From sequence record NC_048046.1: DNA of 64,000 nt, one strand, 5' to 3'. Of the stretch, positions 1 to 8,854 are shown one piece after another; the stretch's first letter is position 1, and every line of letters begins with the position of its first letter. The notes under the pieces are model-generated. The model searched no databases, was not told the origin of the DNA, and worked only from the letters and a program-made list of their open reading frames with translations. A program made the position numbers and the translations under genes.

Positions 1-34
1 GTCATGCGGGAATACAAGGACGCGATCGCGCGTC

Positions 35-709
35 GTGGGTCCAAGAGTTGACAGACGACTCTCACTCGCCTATCAGGCTAACTCTATAATAGAAGGAACC
101 CATCCTGTGACCGCTCCGGTTACCTACATACCCAACTTCGCGCCGCCCTCGTTCAGGCACACGCTGTTCACGCGTCTGCGTGACGAACTGGCTTGGCAGC
201 GTCGGGTGATGCGTAATGTGCGCATCGTGGATGGGCAGGAGCAGGTTACGGAACAGCCGGTCCCGCGCGCTGAATACTGGACCAACACCTTCGATCGCCC
301 GTACACCTATGGTCGTGGCGCCGGTATCCGCACGTACGCTCCGCAGCCCGACCACGAGATCATCGACGTGCTGCGCAGCCTGATCAAGGTCATCCACGGA
401 CCTTATCTGGAAGGCTGCTTCTTGAACATGTACGAGAACGGGCGCGACGCCCTGGGCTGGCACGCTGACGACGATCCCGGCATTGACCACTCCAAGCCGA
501 TCGCCGTGATCACGCTCGGGGAGGGCAGGGAACTGCGTTACAAAGCGCAAGAGCCCGGCTCGCATCCGGTCAGCGTGTTCCTGGAGTCCGGCTCCCTGCT
601 GCTGATGCACGCAGGTATGCAGCAGACCCATTACCACATGATCCCGGCAGTCAAGGACTACGAGATCGACGCCCGCATCTCTCTAACCTATAGGGGACTC
701 ATCCAATGA
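35..709 (+). CDS. alkB: AlkB-family 2OG-Fe(II) dioxygenase (start uncertain)
   Basis: FLNMYENGRDALGWHADDD (HxD), LESGSLLLM, YHMIP, RISLTYR motifs. Confidence 0.85.
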   Translation: MGPRVDRRLSLAYQANSIIEGTHPVTAPVTYIPNFAPPSFRHTLFTRLRDELAWQRRVMRNVRIVDGQEQVTEQPVPRAEYWTNTFDRPYTYGRGAGIRTYAPQPDHEIIDVLRSLIKVIHGPYLEGCFLNMYENGRDALGWHADDDPGIDHSKPIAVITLGEGRELRYKAQEPGSHPVSVFLESGSLLLMHAGMQQTHYHMIPAVKDYEIDARISLTYRGLIQ

Positions 710-828
710 CCGAGCCGCAAGTCATCGAGCACAAGCACACCGTGAAGCTGGAAATCAGCTTCGATCTCTTCGGGATGTTTTCCAGCCTCGTCGGCATCGG
801 CGTCATCTGCTGGCTGTTCCTGAAGTAG
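706..828 (+). CDS. small membrane protein, 40 aa (not in ORF track)
   Basis: ATGA overlap with alkB stop; MTEPQVIEHKHTVKLEISFDLFGMFSSLVGIGVICWLFLK. Confidence 0.65.
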   Translation: MTEPQVIEHKHTVKLEISFDLFGMFSSLVGIGVICWLFLK

Positions 829-829
829 G

Positions 830-1063
830 ATGCCGGCCGACCGGTACGTGGTGGTCCATGCTCTCGAAGGGGAAGACGAGCAAGTCGTCCCCTTCGAGCG
901 CAAAGGCCTAGCCTTCGCTTATGCCAAGCGGAAGCTGAAGCTCATCGACACGATGGATCGCTGCGTCGCGGTCCAGTTTCAGGTGGAAGGAGGCGCAGGC
1001 TGGGTTGCGCTCGACACCTGGAAGTTCTTCCACAATGGAGAGATCGACCACATCGCCCACTAA
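830..1063 (+). CDS. hypothetical protein
   Basis: packed between genes, phage-like codon usage. Confidence 0.65.
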   Translation: MPADRYVVVHALEGEDEQVVPFERKGLAFAYAKRKLKLIDTMDRCVAVQFQVEGGAGWVALDTWKFFHNGEIDHIAH

Positions 1064-1077
1064 CTAAAGGAGACCCC

Positions 1078-1560
1078 ATGAAACTCGCCATACTGATCGC
1101 CGCCGCTGCCCTGTTCTACACTCCGGCCTTGGCTCAATGCCCGGTCGGCGCGAACTGCATGGGTGATCCTCAAGCCTGGAACAAGATGTTCGGCAACACG
1201 CCGGCGCAGCGTGCCGAGCAGTCCAGCGCACGCCGCGCGGCCGAATCGGTAATCCAGGATCGGCAGACCCAAGCCAATGCTGATCTGCTGGGCGACATGG
1301 GGCAGGTAGAGCGCTACCGCCTGACCTACTCGGTCGAGGATACCCTGACCAGACTCAGCGGCGCTCCTGCCACCGTGCTGCGCGCCACCGTCCTGGCGCG
1401 GGGCGGTGGATACCTCTTCTGCGGCTCGGCGCTGTACGGTCAGCGGGACAGCGGCATCTTCGTGCTGGACACCCGACCCGGAGGGATCGCCACGCTACAC
1501 GCCTCCGAAAGCGTGTTCGCGGATGCCGGCTGCGGTGTTCCTGCGACGATCTTGCGATAG
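1078..1560 (+). CDS. secreted hypothetical protein
   Basis: RBS AAAGGAG; signal peptide MKLAILIAAAALFYTPALA. Confidence 0.75.
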   Translation: MKLAILIAAAALFYTPALAQCPVGANCMGDPQAWNKMFGNTPAQRAEQSSARRAAESVIQDRQTQANADLLGDMGQVERYRLTYSVEDTLTRLSGAPATVLRATVLARGGGYLFCGSALYGQRDSGIFVLDTRPGGIATLHASESVFADAGCGVPATILR

Positions 1561-1564
1561 GCCG

Positions 1565-1607
1565 TTGACAGGGTTCTAGAGTTTCTTTACATCGTCACCT
1601 GACGATC
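1565..1607 (+). promoter_or_regulatory. class B phage promoter
   Basis: TTGACA, GTTTCTTTACA (1581-1591), GACGATC, then GGAG RBS. Confidence 0.75.
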
Positions 1608-1621
1608 AGAGGAGACTAGAC

Positions 1622-3097
1622 ATGTTCGCCGAAGCCATGACCGACGACAGCTACCTTGCCGCCCTGGAAGCCGACGCGCAAGACCAGGACGCGCGCGTTG
1701 ATGAAGCCGATTGGGCCGCCGGCCTGATCGAAGACGTCGATCGTGAGGATTGGGTCTGGAAGAACCCGCGCATCGGCGAACGTCTCGATCTCGATAGCGG
1801 CCGACAAGTCTACACCATCCTGTGCGATGACGGCCAGGAGGAAGAGATCAAGGCCCTTATCCTGAAGCTCAACAAGAAGCTGAAGAAGTGGGACCAGACG
1901 ATCAACATCCTCGCGGAGGATGAGGTCATCAAGGAACACTGGCTTCGCGGCCATCACGTGGGCGCCGAGGTCACGGACGCCGAGCGCTCTTCTGACCAGA
2001 AGATGAAGTTCGACTACAACATCAACAGCATCGCCTATCGCGGCAAAGTCCGTCAGGTGCTGCTGACGATCGATAGTCCCGCCGTCGCCGGCAAGAAGAC
2101 CAAACTGATCGGGTCGTTCGAACTGGCCGAAGATGGCGTCGAGGTCTACCGCCACGCCTTGAATGGTGCGTCCCAGGCCGACATCGAGCCCTTCATCAGC
2201 CGGTGGCGCGATTGCGACCACTGCGGTTATGTGCGCAATCGGCGCGCCTCGTTCGTTTGTGAGGACGCCGAAGGTAATCGCTCGATCATCGGCCGGCAGT
2301 GCTCGCGTGACTTCCTGGGCCTGGACGCGGCCGAACTTCTGGCGCGTGAGGCGATTCGGAAAGTTCTGTCGAACGGCGGGGAAGAGGATGAAGACCGTAT
2401 TGGCGGCGGCGGCCCGGTCTACATTCACGTCGAAACCCTGGTGCAGCGCGCCTATCTGGTGGCGAAGCGCATGGGCGGGTATTCGAAGGATCAGCGCGAC
2501 ACCTTCCTGGACCACCTCGCGGCGTTGGAAGGTGCGCGGGACTACGGCCGTAGCGACCACTACTCGAAGCTGCGCGACGAGTACAAGGAATGGGTGGCAA
2601 AGGCTAAGCCTGAGCCGCTGGACTTCATGAAGTTCGCCGACTACGTGTTTTCGGCGTCGGGCGACTTCGGTCATAACCTGCAAATCGCATTCTCGCTGGA
2701 GTGGGCCAAGCCGAAGCGTCGTACCCTTCTTGCCGCCGGCGTTGGCCTCTATATCGGCCGACTGCTGAAGCTGGAGAAGGAAAAAGCGGCGCAGGACCGC
2801 CTGCCGGCGAAACATCTCGACGCGGCCGAAGGTAAGCGCGTCGATTTCAACGGTACGGTGGAGCGCACCTTCCCCTTGGCCTCGGACTACGGCCTCAAGA
2901 CCCTGGTGTCGATCGTCTGCCCGGACGGCTCGCGTTGTGTCCACTTCTGCACCAGTCACGTCGTGCCCGAGGCCGGCAAGACCTACACGATCCGTGCGAC
3001 CGTGAAGGAACACAAGACCAACAAGCGCTTCGGTACGCCGGAAACGGTGATCTCCCGCGCTGTCTACGAACTCGCAGATCAACCCGCACTACTGTAA
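1622..3097 (+). CDS. conserved phage protein with Cys-rich Zn-binding segment and probable C-terminal OB fold
   Basis: CDHC...IGRQCSRDFLG motif; C-terminal beta-rich segment. Confidence 0.7.
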   Translation: MFAEAMTDDSYLAALEADAQDQDARVDEADWAAGLIEDVDREDWVWKNPRIGERLDLDSGRQVYTILCDDGQEEEIKALILKLNKKLKKWDQTINILAEDEVIKEHWLRGHHVGAEVTDAERSSDQKMKFDYNINSIAYRGKVRQVLLTIDSPAVAGKKTKLIGSFELAEDGVEVYRHALNGASQADIEPFISRWRDCDHCGYVRNRRASFVCEDAEGNRSIIGRQCSRDFLGLDAAELLAREAIRKVLSNGGEEDEDRIGGGGPVYIHVETLVQRAYLVAKRMGGYSKDQRDTFLDHLAALEGARDYGRSDHYSKLRDEYKEWVAKAKPEPLDFMKFADYVFSASGDFGHNLQIAFSLEWAKPKRRTLLAAGVGLYIGRLLKLEKEKAAQDRLPAKHLDAAEGKRVDFNGTVERTFPLASDYGLKTLVSIVCPDGSRCVHFCTSHVVPEAGKTYTIRATVKEHKTNKRFGTPETVISRAVYELADQPALL

Positions 3098-3110
3098 GGA
3101 GAACGCGTAC

Positions 3111-3458
3111 ATGCCCCGACCCAGGACTATCGACCCGCAGGAGGTCGTCACCAAGATGCGTGACGGCACTTTCGCCTACGCGGCCGAGGCGGCGCGCTAC
3201 TTCAAGTGCTCGCGGGTTCGCATCCAGCAAATTCTGGACGAGCATGCTCCCGACCTCCGCGCCGGCAAGGTATCGAGCACCCAGGCCACGCCGAAGGAAC
3301 GTAAGGCGCGTGAAGCCGTCCTCCGCAAGGAGACCCAGGCGGCCCTGAAGACGACCAAGTCGATCAACGAAGCCGCCGCCGTTCTGAAGCTGACGCGATC
3401 GGGCCTCTACAGCCGTATGCGACGCCTTGGCATCGAATACGGGCGCCAGCCTGCTTGA
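3111..3458 (+). CDS. small DNA-binding protein, two HTH-like segments
   Basis: AAEAARYFKCSRVRIQQIL and SINEAAAVLKLTRSGLYSRMRRLGI. Confidence 0.7.
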   Translation: MPRPRTIDPQEVVTKMRDGTFAYAAEAARYFKCSRVRIQQILDEHAPDLRAGKVSSTQATPKERKAREAVLRKETQAALKTTKSINEAAAVLKLTRSGLYSRMRRLGIEYGRQPA

Positions 3459-3507
3459 CACCGCTCTGCCAGTTTGGTTAACACTCGGGGCCTCACAGCC
3501 CCGAGTG
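3455..3507 (+). promoter_or_regulatory. putative promoter plus 10-bp leader hairpin
   Basis: TTGACA at 3455; CACTCGGGGC/GCCCCGAGTG stem 3482-3507 just before ATG 3512. Confidence 0.5.
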
Positions 3508-3511
3508 ATTC

Positions 3512-4738
3512 ATGTACGATCAACTTCTTCGCCTCTTCCAAGGCAATCCGATCCTTGCCGGCGGCGCCGGTATGGCGATCGTGGGCTGGATTCTGGTCCA
3601 GGCCCGCACCATCCCTCTCAAACTGTTCCGCATCATTCGGGACCAGTTCGTGACGACCATGACGATCTACACCGAGGACGTTATTTTTCGTCGCCTGGAT
3701 TACTGGCTGAGCCGACACCCCAGCACTGAGCACTCGCGGCGCTTCGGCGTGACCCATTGGCACAATCGTCGTACCGATGCGGATGACTTCCTGCTGACTC
3801 CTGGCTCTGGTTCGCATTTGATCAAGGAAGTCGGACGCTACTTCCTGGTCCATCGCCACGTCGAAGACAAGACGACCCAGGAAGACTTCGCCAAGATTCG
3901 GCGCCAAACGATCACGATCGCGACGTACGGGCGTTCCACCACACCTCTGAAGAACTTGATCGCCAAGGTTCAGCACATTGATGAAGATCGCACGGCTATC
4001 CCGATTTTGATCTGGCAAGGCCACGGGTTTACCCGCGTGGAGCGCCGAACCAAGCGCCCGCTCGATACGATCTACATCAATGCCGGGATCAAGCAGCACA
4101 TCATCGACGACCTGACGAAGTTCTTCGCGCAGCGCGCCGACTACCACGCTCGTGGTATCCCCTACCGCCGGGGATACATGCTGGAGGGTCCGCCCGGCAC
4201 CGGCAAGTCGACGCTGATTTTCGTACTCGCATGCCTGTTTGACCGCCCGGTCTACATCATCAACTTGGCGAGCATCAGCAACGACTCTGAATTGCTGCGC
4301 GCCATCAATGAAGCAGGTCGCAACTTCGTTGTCATCGAAGACATCGACGCCATCAAGGTCGCCGAGGAGCGCGAGGGCAAGGAATCCAGCCTGGAGGTTC
4401 GTGTGGGTGAGGCGTCCCGTCAGGGCATCACGACTTCGGGCTTGTTGAATGCCATCGACGGCATCGCCTCGGCCGAGGGCCGCGTCCTCTTCATCACCTC
4501 GAATCGTCCAGACGTCCTGGACTCCGCCCTCATTCGTCCCGGCCGCGTCGACGTACGCTATCGCATCGACTACGCCAAGATGCCTGAGGCCCTGGCGATG
4601 TATCGCAAGTTCTTCCCGGAAGCTTCCGCTCAGGAGCAAGCGACTTTCGAAGAGGAGATCGCTCCCTTGCTCCCGATCTCGCCGGCCGCTCTCCAGAACC
4701 GGCTGCTGGGCGAGTCCATGGAAGTGTTGATGTCGTGA
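3512..4738 (+). CDS. BCS1-family AAA+ ATPase
   Basis: N-terminal TM; GIPYRRGYMLEGPPGTGKS, IEDIDA, SGLLNAIDG, TSNRPDVLDSALIRPGRVD. Confidence 0.88.
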   Translation: MYDQLLRLFQGNPILAGGAGMAIVGWILVQARTIPLKLFRIIRDQFVTTMTIYTEDVIFRRLDYWLSRHPSTEHSRRFGVTHWHNRRTDADDFLLTPGSGSHLIKEVGRYFLVHRHVEDKTTQEDFAKIRRQTITIATYGRSTTPLKNLIAKVQHIDEDRTAIPILIWQGHGFTRVERRTKRPLDTIYINAGIKQHIIDDLTKFFAQRADYHARGIPYRRGYMLEGPPGTGKSTLIFVLACLFDRPVYIINLASISNDSELLRAINEAGRNFVVIEDIDAIKVAEEREGKESSLEVRVGEASRQGITTSGLLNAIDGIASAEGRVLFITSNRPDVLDSALIRPGRVDVRYRIDYAKMPEALAMYRKFFPEASAQEQATFEEEIAPLLPISPAALQNRLLGESMEVLMS

Positions 4739-4739
4739 G

Positions 4740-4773
4740 TTGACAGCCGGCATCCCGGCTGCTTAGTGTCAAC
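4740..4773 (+). promoter_or_regulatory. class A phage promoter
   Basis: GAGTTGACAGCCGG. Confidence 0.7.
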
Positions 4774-4796
4774 CTAACTGGCAAGCGGAACCATTC

Positions 4797-5204
4797 ATGC
4801 CCCTCTCCGAAGAAGAAGCGCTTCTCATCCGCGACGGCGACATCGTGCTCGTGCCGATCAAGGTCATGCGCTCAAACAATCACTTCGATCGTGACGGCGT
4901 CTCGCTCCGGGTTCAGTCCCCACAGATTCTTCACGGACGCGATGAGATCGAGAAGGGTCAGCCGGAGTTCAGCATCAAGACCTCTCAGGTCCACAGCATC
5001 GCTGCTATGCCGTTGCGCCTGAAGGATCACGTGAAGTGGGATGCGTCCGGACCGGGCGCCGAGTACATGCCGGAGACCGGCGTGGTCGTCCACATCGACG
5101 GCGACGACATCACCGTGAAGCAGGACAAGGAGCGCACGCCGCGAAATCGCGTGATTCTTCGACGTGCGCTCACTCGTTACAACCCTAAACTCAAAGAGGC
5201 ATGA
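4797..5204 (+). CDS. hypothetical protein
   Basis: follows promoter; overlaps next start. Confidence 0.7.
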   Translation: MPLSEEEALLIRDGDIVLVPIKVMRSNNHFDRDGVSLRVQSPQILHGRDEIEKGQPEFSIKTSQVHSIAAMPLRLKDHVKWDASGPGAEYMPETGVVVHIDGDDITVKQDKERTPRNRVILRRALTRYNPKLKEA

Positions 5205-5788
5205 TGACCTCCTCCAAACCCGCGACGCACCGCGTCATCAGCATCCTCAGCCGTGTGATCTTCGAGACCCGCTGGCTGCTGGTCCCGATCTATCTGGCGA
5301 TGATCATCGCCATCGCCGCCTACGTGATCCTGTTCACGAAGCAGGCGATCGATATGGGCCTGGGCGTGTGGCATTGGGATGCGGAGCACTTGCTGCTCGC
5401 CTCCCTGGCTCTCGTCGACATGTCGATGGTCGCCAACCTGATCGTCATGATCCTGGCCGGCGGCTTCTCGACCTTCGTCGCCGAGTTCGACCAGAGCCTG
5501 TTCCCAAATCGCCCGCGCTGGATGAACGGCCTCGACAGCACCACGCTGAAGATTCAGATGGGCAAGTCGCTGATCGGCGTCACGTCGGTTCACCTTCTCC
5601 AGACGTTCATGCGCCTGCATGACATTCTGAAGGAAGAGAACGGGCTGGTTCTCGTGATCGCCGAGATCGCGATCCACATGGTCTTCATCGTGACGACCGT
5701 CAGCTACTGCTACATCTCCAAGCTCACCCACGGCCACAAGGTCGCGCCGGCTGCCCTGCCGACGCCGGCCACTGCGGAAGGACACTGA
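5201..5788 (+). CDS. UPF0114/YqhA (TIGR00645-like) membrane protein
   Basis: SRVIFETRWLLVPIYL, LVDMSMVANLIVM, LKIQMGKSLIGVTSVHLL; 3-4 TMs. Confidence 0.85.
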   Translation: MMTSSKPATHRVISILSRVIFETRWLLVPIYLAMIIAIAAYVILFTKQAIDMGLGVWHWDAEHLLLASLALVDMSMVANLIVMILAGGFSTFVAEFDQSLFPNRPRWMNGLDSTTLKIQMGKSLIGVTSVHLLQTFMRLHDILKEENGLVLVIAEIAIHMVFIVTTVSYCYISKLTHGHKVAPAALPTPATAEGH

Positions 5789-5791
5789 ACC

Positions 5792-6322
5792 ATGAAGCTC
5801 CTGCGAGCTATCCTCCTCGGCGCGACCGCCGGCCTATTGGTCGCCGGCCCGCTCGCCCTCTCGGGCTGTACGGACCCCGCCGCCCGCCATCACGTCGTGC
5901 GCGGCAAGCACAAGGTCCACAAGCTGTCCGACGGCCGTTACGCCTTCCAGGGTAACGACGGCGTCTGGTACTGGTACATCTACAGCGCCAGCAACTCGGC
6001 GCGCCTGGAAGACGGCACGCTTTCCATGCCGGGCTCCTGGACCGCCGGCGGCGAGCCGGATGCCAGCGATCTCGCGGCCGGGTTCGACTTCGATTTCGAT
6101 ATCCCGACCCTGGACGGTGGCGCCCCGATCTCCGAATCGCAAGCGGCTTCGATCGAGAACGGCGCCGCTGAAGCGACTTCGGAAGCCGGCGGGGGCATGT
6201 CGGACACTTCGTCGGGTCCCTCGGACTCGTCCCCGTCAGTCGACTCCAGCGTCGATTCGGGCGGCGGCGGTGACTCCGGTGGTGGCGGGGGCGATGGCGG
6301 CGGTGGTGGTGACGGGGGCTGA
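5792..6322 (+). CDS. lipoprotein with acidic Ser/Gly-rich tail
   Basis: lipobox LSGC; tail DSGGGGDSGGGGGDGGGGGDGG. Confidence 0.75.
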   Translation: MKLLRAILLGATAGLLVAGPLALSGCTDPAARHHVVRGKHKVHKLSDGRYAFQGNDGVWYWYIYSASNSARLEDGTLSMPGSWTAGGEPDASDLAAGFDFDFDIPTLDGGAPISESQAASIENGAAEATSEAGGGMSDTSSGPSDSSPSVDSSVDSGGGGDSGGGGGDGGGGGDGG

Positions 6323-6324
6323 TC

Positions 6325-6885
6325 ATGGGTCAGTACATCTGGCATGATCTGCCGCTCGACGAGCGGCTGAGCAAGCCCAAGGTCGATGATCGTCCTGGAG
6401 CCCGGTTGAAGGCGGAGGATGCCCGAGGGCTCCTCCATTTCCCGGATCGCCTAGGCGATCTCCTGACCCTCAAGGCCTGTCTCGCCGGCGCCAAGATCGT
6501 TTTCAGTGGAAACGGCTATGCGCCGTCGGTGACGGCCTGGGGCTGGACGCCGCGCGACCAAGAGGTCATCGAAGACTACGTCAAGCGCCGTGTCGAAAAG
6601 AACATGGGTGGCCTGACCGCACGTCAAGGCCTCGTGCTCCTCGCAGTCCGCAATGACGGCAGCGTCGATGTTGCGACCTGGGGCAAGTCGTCCCAGGACT
6701 GCAAGGTGCTCGGCGAACTCGGTAGTAAGGAATTGGGCGCGCTGCCATCGTGCCCCTTCCAGACTTGGTGGGGCTGGGGTAACGGGGGCGTACCCAAGCG
6801 TTTCCCGGCGCAGACCCTCAAGACGCTGTCCGAGAACACCCAGGCCTACGTCAAGAAGAACACGCACCCCGGCGCCGTCGGCTGA
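6325..6885 (+). CDS. hypothetical protein
   Basis: translationally coupled ORF. Confidence 0.7.
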   Translation: MGQYIWHDLPLDERLSKPKVDDRPGARLKAEDARGLLHFPDRLGDLLTLKACLAGAKIVFSGNGYAPSVTAWGWTPRDQEVIEDYVKRRVEKNMGGLTARQGLVLLAVRNDGSVDVATWGKSSQDCKVLGELGSKELGALPSCPFQTWWGWGNGGVPKRFPAQTLKTLSENTQAYVKKNTHPGAVG

Positions 6886-7247
6886 TGGACGGTTTCGCGT
6901 ACTCCTGCCCAGACTGTGGTGAAGGGTTTCCTAGCCGCTACAGTCTGGGTCAGCATCTGAAGGCCGCGCATCCCGTCGTGCCTCAGGTCTTGAACATCCG
7001 CGACTATCCTGAAGGCCTGCCGCCTAACTCGACTTATGTCGGACGAGGCACGTTCGCTGGAAATCCCTATCGCATTGGTATCGAAGGGACGCGAGATGAG
7101 GTCATCAACCATTATGAGAATACGCGCGAACTGGATAAAGCCTTCGTAGCCAGGGTGCGTAAAGAACTGCGCGGCCGGCATCTCGTATGTCACTGCGCGC
7201 CTGAGCGGTGTCATGCCGACTGGCTGCTCAAGATCGCCAACAGCTAA
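6885..7247 (+). CDS. C2H2 zinc finger + DUF4326-like domain
   Basis: CPDCGEGFPSRYSLGQHLKAAH; YVGRGTFAGNPY...LRGRHLVCHCAPERCHADWL. Confidence 0.82.
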   Translation: MDGFAYSCPDCGEGFPSRYSLGQHLKAAHPVVPQVLNIRDYPEGLPPNSTYVGRGTFAGNPYRIGIEGTRDEVINHYENTRELDKAFVARVRKELRGRHLVCHCAPERCHADWLLKIANS

Positions 7248-7301
7248 GCCCTTGCTTTCGCGAGAAATCATCGTTATCCATGTGGCGGGTTTGAGGCCAG
7301 A

Positions 7302-7320
7302 TTAGGGCTTCATTAACCAT
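7302..7320 (+). promoter_or_regulatory. CtrA-like binding site upstream of hfa-like operon
   Basis: TTAG-N7-TTAA-CCAT, near match to TTAA-N7-TTAA. Confidence 0.55.
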
Positions 7321-7430
7321 GTGGCTGAAAAATAACGATAAATCTTGAACCCGAAAGTTGACAAACGCCGTAATCTCGAAGATGAAGGCGTCAAGTTCAA
7401 CTTCAAACGCGAAAGGGGAGTCCTCACCAC

Positions 7431-7922
7431 ATGAAGCTCAAGATCATCGCCATGGCTGGCATGCTCGCCGGCGTCGCTATCGCCGGCGCGGCCTGCGCCC
7501 AAGCGGTCGGGGAGGACTCCACCTGGAAATTCCGCACCCCGTCCGAGAACGTCATCCTCCAGCAGAACCTGGACAAGATCGACCTCCAGAAGGCCGGCTA
7601 CTACGACAAGCTGAAGAACGGCGCCTACGGCCTGGGCGGAGGTGCTGGCGCGGCCGGCGGCCTGCTCGGTGGCGGCGCCTCGACGATCAGCAACTACTAC
7701 TCGATCACCAACCAGACCACGAACAACTGCTCGTCGTCCGGTTCGGTCGGCTCGCCGATCTCCTGCGGCTCCGGCTCGATCACGAGCAGCGGCGTTTCGC
7801 AGTCGACGGTCGGCTCGTCCCTGGACTCGAACACCGCGCTGACGGGTAACACCGTCACCAGCACGGGCAACAAGACTCAGGTCGGCGGCACCATCAACAA
7901 CAATCAGCAGCCGCAGCAGTAG
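7431..7922 (+). CDS. secreted G/S/T/N-rich protein, HfaA/curlin-like by position
   Basis: signal peptide; low-complexity amyloid-like composition; first gene before hfaB-like. Confidence 0.65.
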   Translation: MKLKIIAMAGMLAGVAIAGAACAQAVGEDSTWKFRTPSENVILQQNLDKIDLQKAGYYDKLKNGAYGLGGGAGAAGGLLGGGASTISNYYSITNQTTNNCSSSGSVGSPISCGSGSITSSGVSQSTVGSSLDSNTALTGNTVTSTGNKTQVGGTINNNQQPQQ

Positions 7923-7931
7923 GGGGCGAAT

Positions 7932-8777
7932 TTGAACCGCAAGGTCTACATCCGCGCCGCTCTTGCGGTGGCGCTGCTGGCTTCGGCCGCCGCTATGCCG
8001 GCCCAAGCCGCTTCCAAGAAGAAGCCGATCGCCACGAACCTCGGCAGCACGCCGACCGTCAACGCCGATCCGCTGGCCGCAGGCTTCACCTGCACGAGCC
8101 AACTCACGGCCCAGGCCGCACGTCCGCTCCGTATCGCCGTTGGCAAGGTCGGCGACTTCACCGGCAAGTTCTCGAATGAAGCCTCCGAAGGCGGCTTCCG
8201 TGTGACACAGGGCGGCGCCCTGATGATCTCCAGCGCCCTGGGTAAGCTGGCCAACGTCGACCAAGTCGAACGTCTGGACACGCAGGTCGCCGATATCGAC
8301 ACGCTGCTGGCGAAGTCCCAACTGCTGCGTGATGGTGACGCCCTGCGTGGTCTGACCGCCGGTCAGTACGATGGCTCCGACTACTACATCATCGGCGGCA
8401 TCACCGAGGTGAACTACAACATCCGCTCGGGCGGCGGCAAAGTCGGCGTCTCGAACATCTACGGCGGCAAACGCACGTACACCATGAACGTCGCGGCCGA
8501 CCTGAAGATCGTCGAAACCAAGTCGCTGAAGGTCGTCAAGACCATCAGCGTTCAGAAGCAGATCACGGGCTACGAGAACACGTTCGGCCTGTTCACCTTC
8601 AAGGGCGACTATCTCTTCGACCTGGACTTCGGGTCGAAGGGGCAGGAGCCGCTCCAACTCGGGGTTCGCTCCGTCCTGGAGTACGGCACCCTGGAACTCA
8701 TCTCGGCGGTGGCGCCGAACCGCGACTACTACGCCGCGACCTGCCGCCCCTACGCCGAGGCGATGTTCGGGAAGTAA
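7932..8777 (+). CDS. hfaB: HfaB/CsgG-family secretion pore
   Basis: RIAVGKVGDFTGK, RVTQGGALM, VERLDT, GSDYYIIGGITEVNYNIRSG, ISVQKQITG, EPLQLGVR match remembered Caulobacter HfaB. Confidence 0.88.
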   Translation: MNRKVYIRAALAVALLASAAAMPAQAASKKKPIATNLGSTPTVNADPLAAGFTCTSQLTAQAARPLRIAVGKVGDFTGKFSNEASEGGFRVTQGGALMISSALGKLANVDQVERLDTQVADIDTLLAKSQLLRDGDALRGLTAGQYDGSDYYIIGGITEVNYNIRSGGGKVGVSNIYGGKRTYTMNVAADLKIVETKSLKVVKTISVQKQITGYENTFGLFTFKGDYLFDLDFGSKGQEPLQLGVRSVLEYGTLELISAVAPNRDYYAATCRPYAEAMFGK

Positions 8778-8854
8778 AGGGGAGGGGCAACCCAACCTGA
8801 CAGCGTTTGGTGCGGACGCTGGTTTCTCCCCGCACTTTTCCCTGAAACAAAACG

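Noticed and set aside
1616-3082. Long minus-strand ORFs (also 3407-4753, 7302-8795, 8750-9793, 21223-22860, 36993-38138, 38730-40379)
   Set aside because: Antisense shadows of GC3-biased + strand genes; no motifs, RBS or promoters.
7431-7922. Naming this gene csgA or hfaA
   Set aside because: Only composition and position agree; no canonical curlin repeats or clear HfaA motif.
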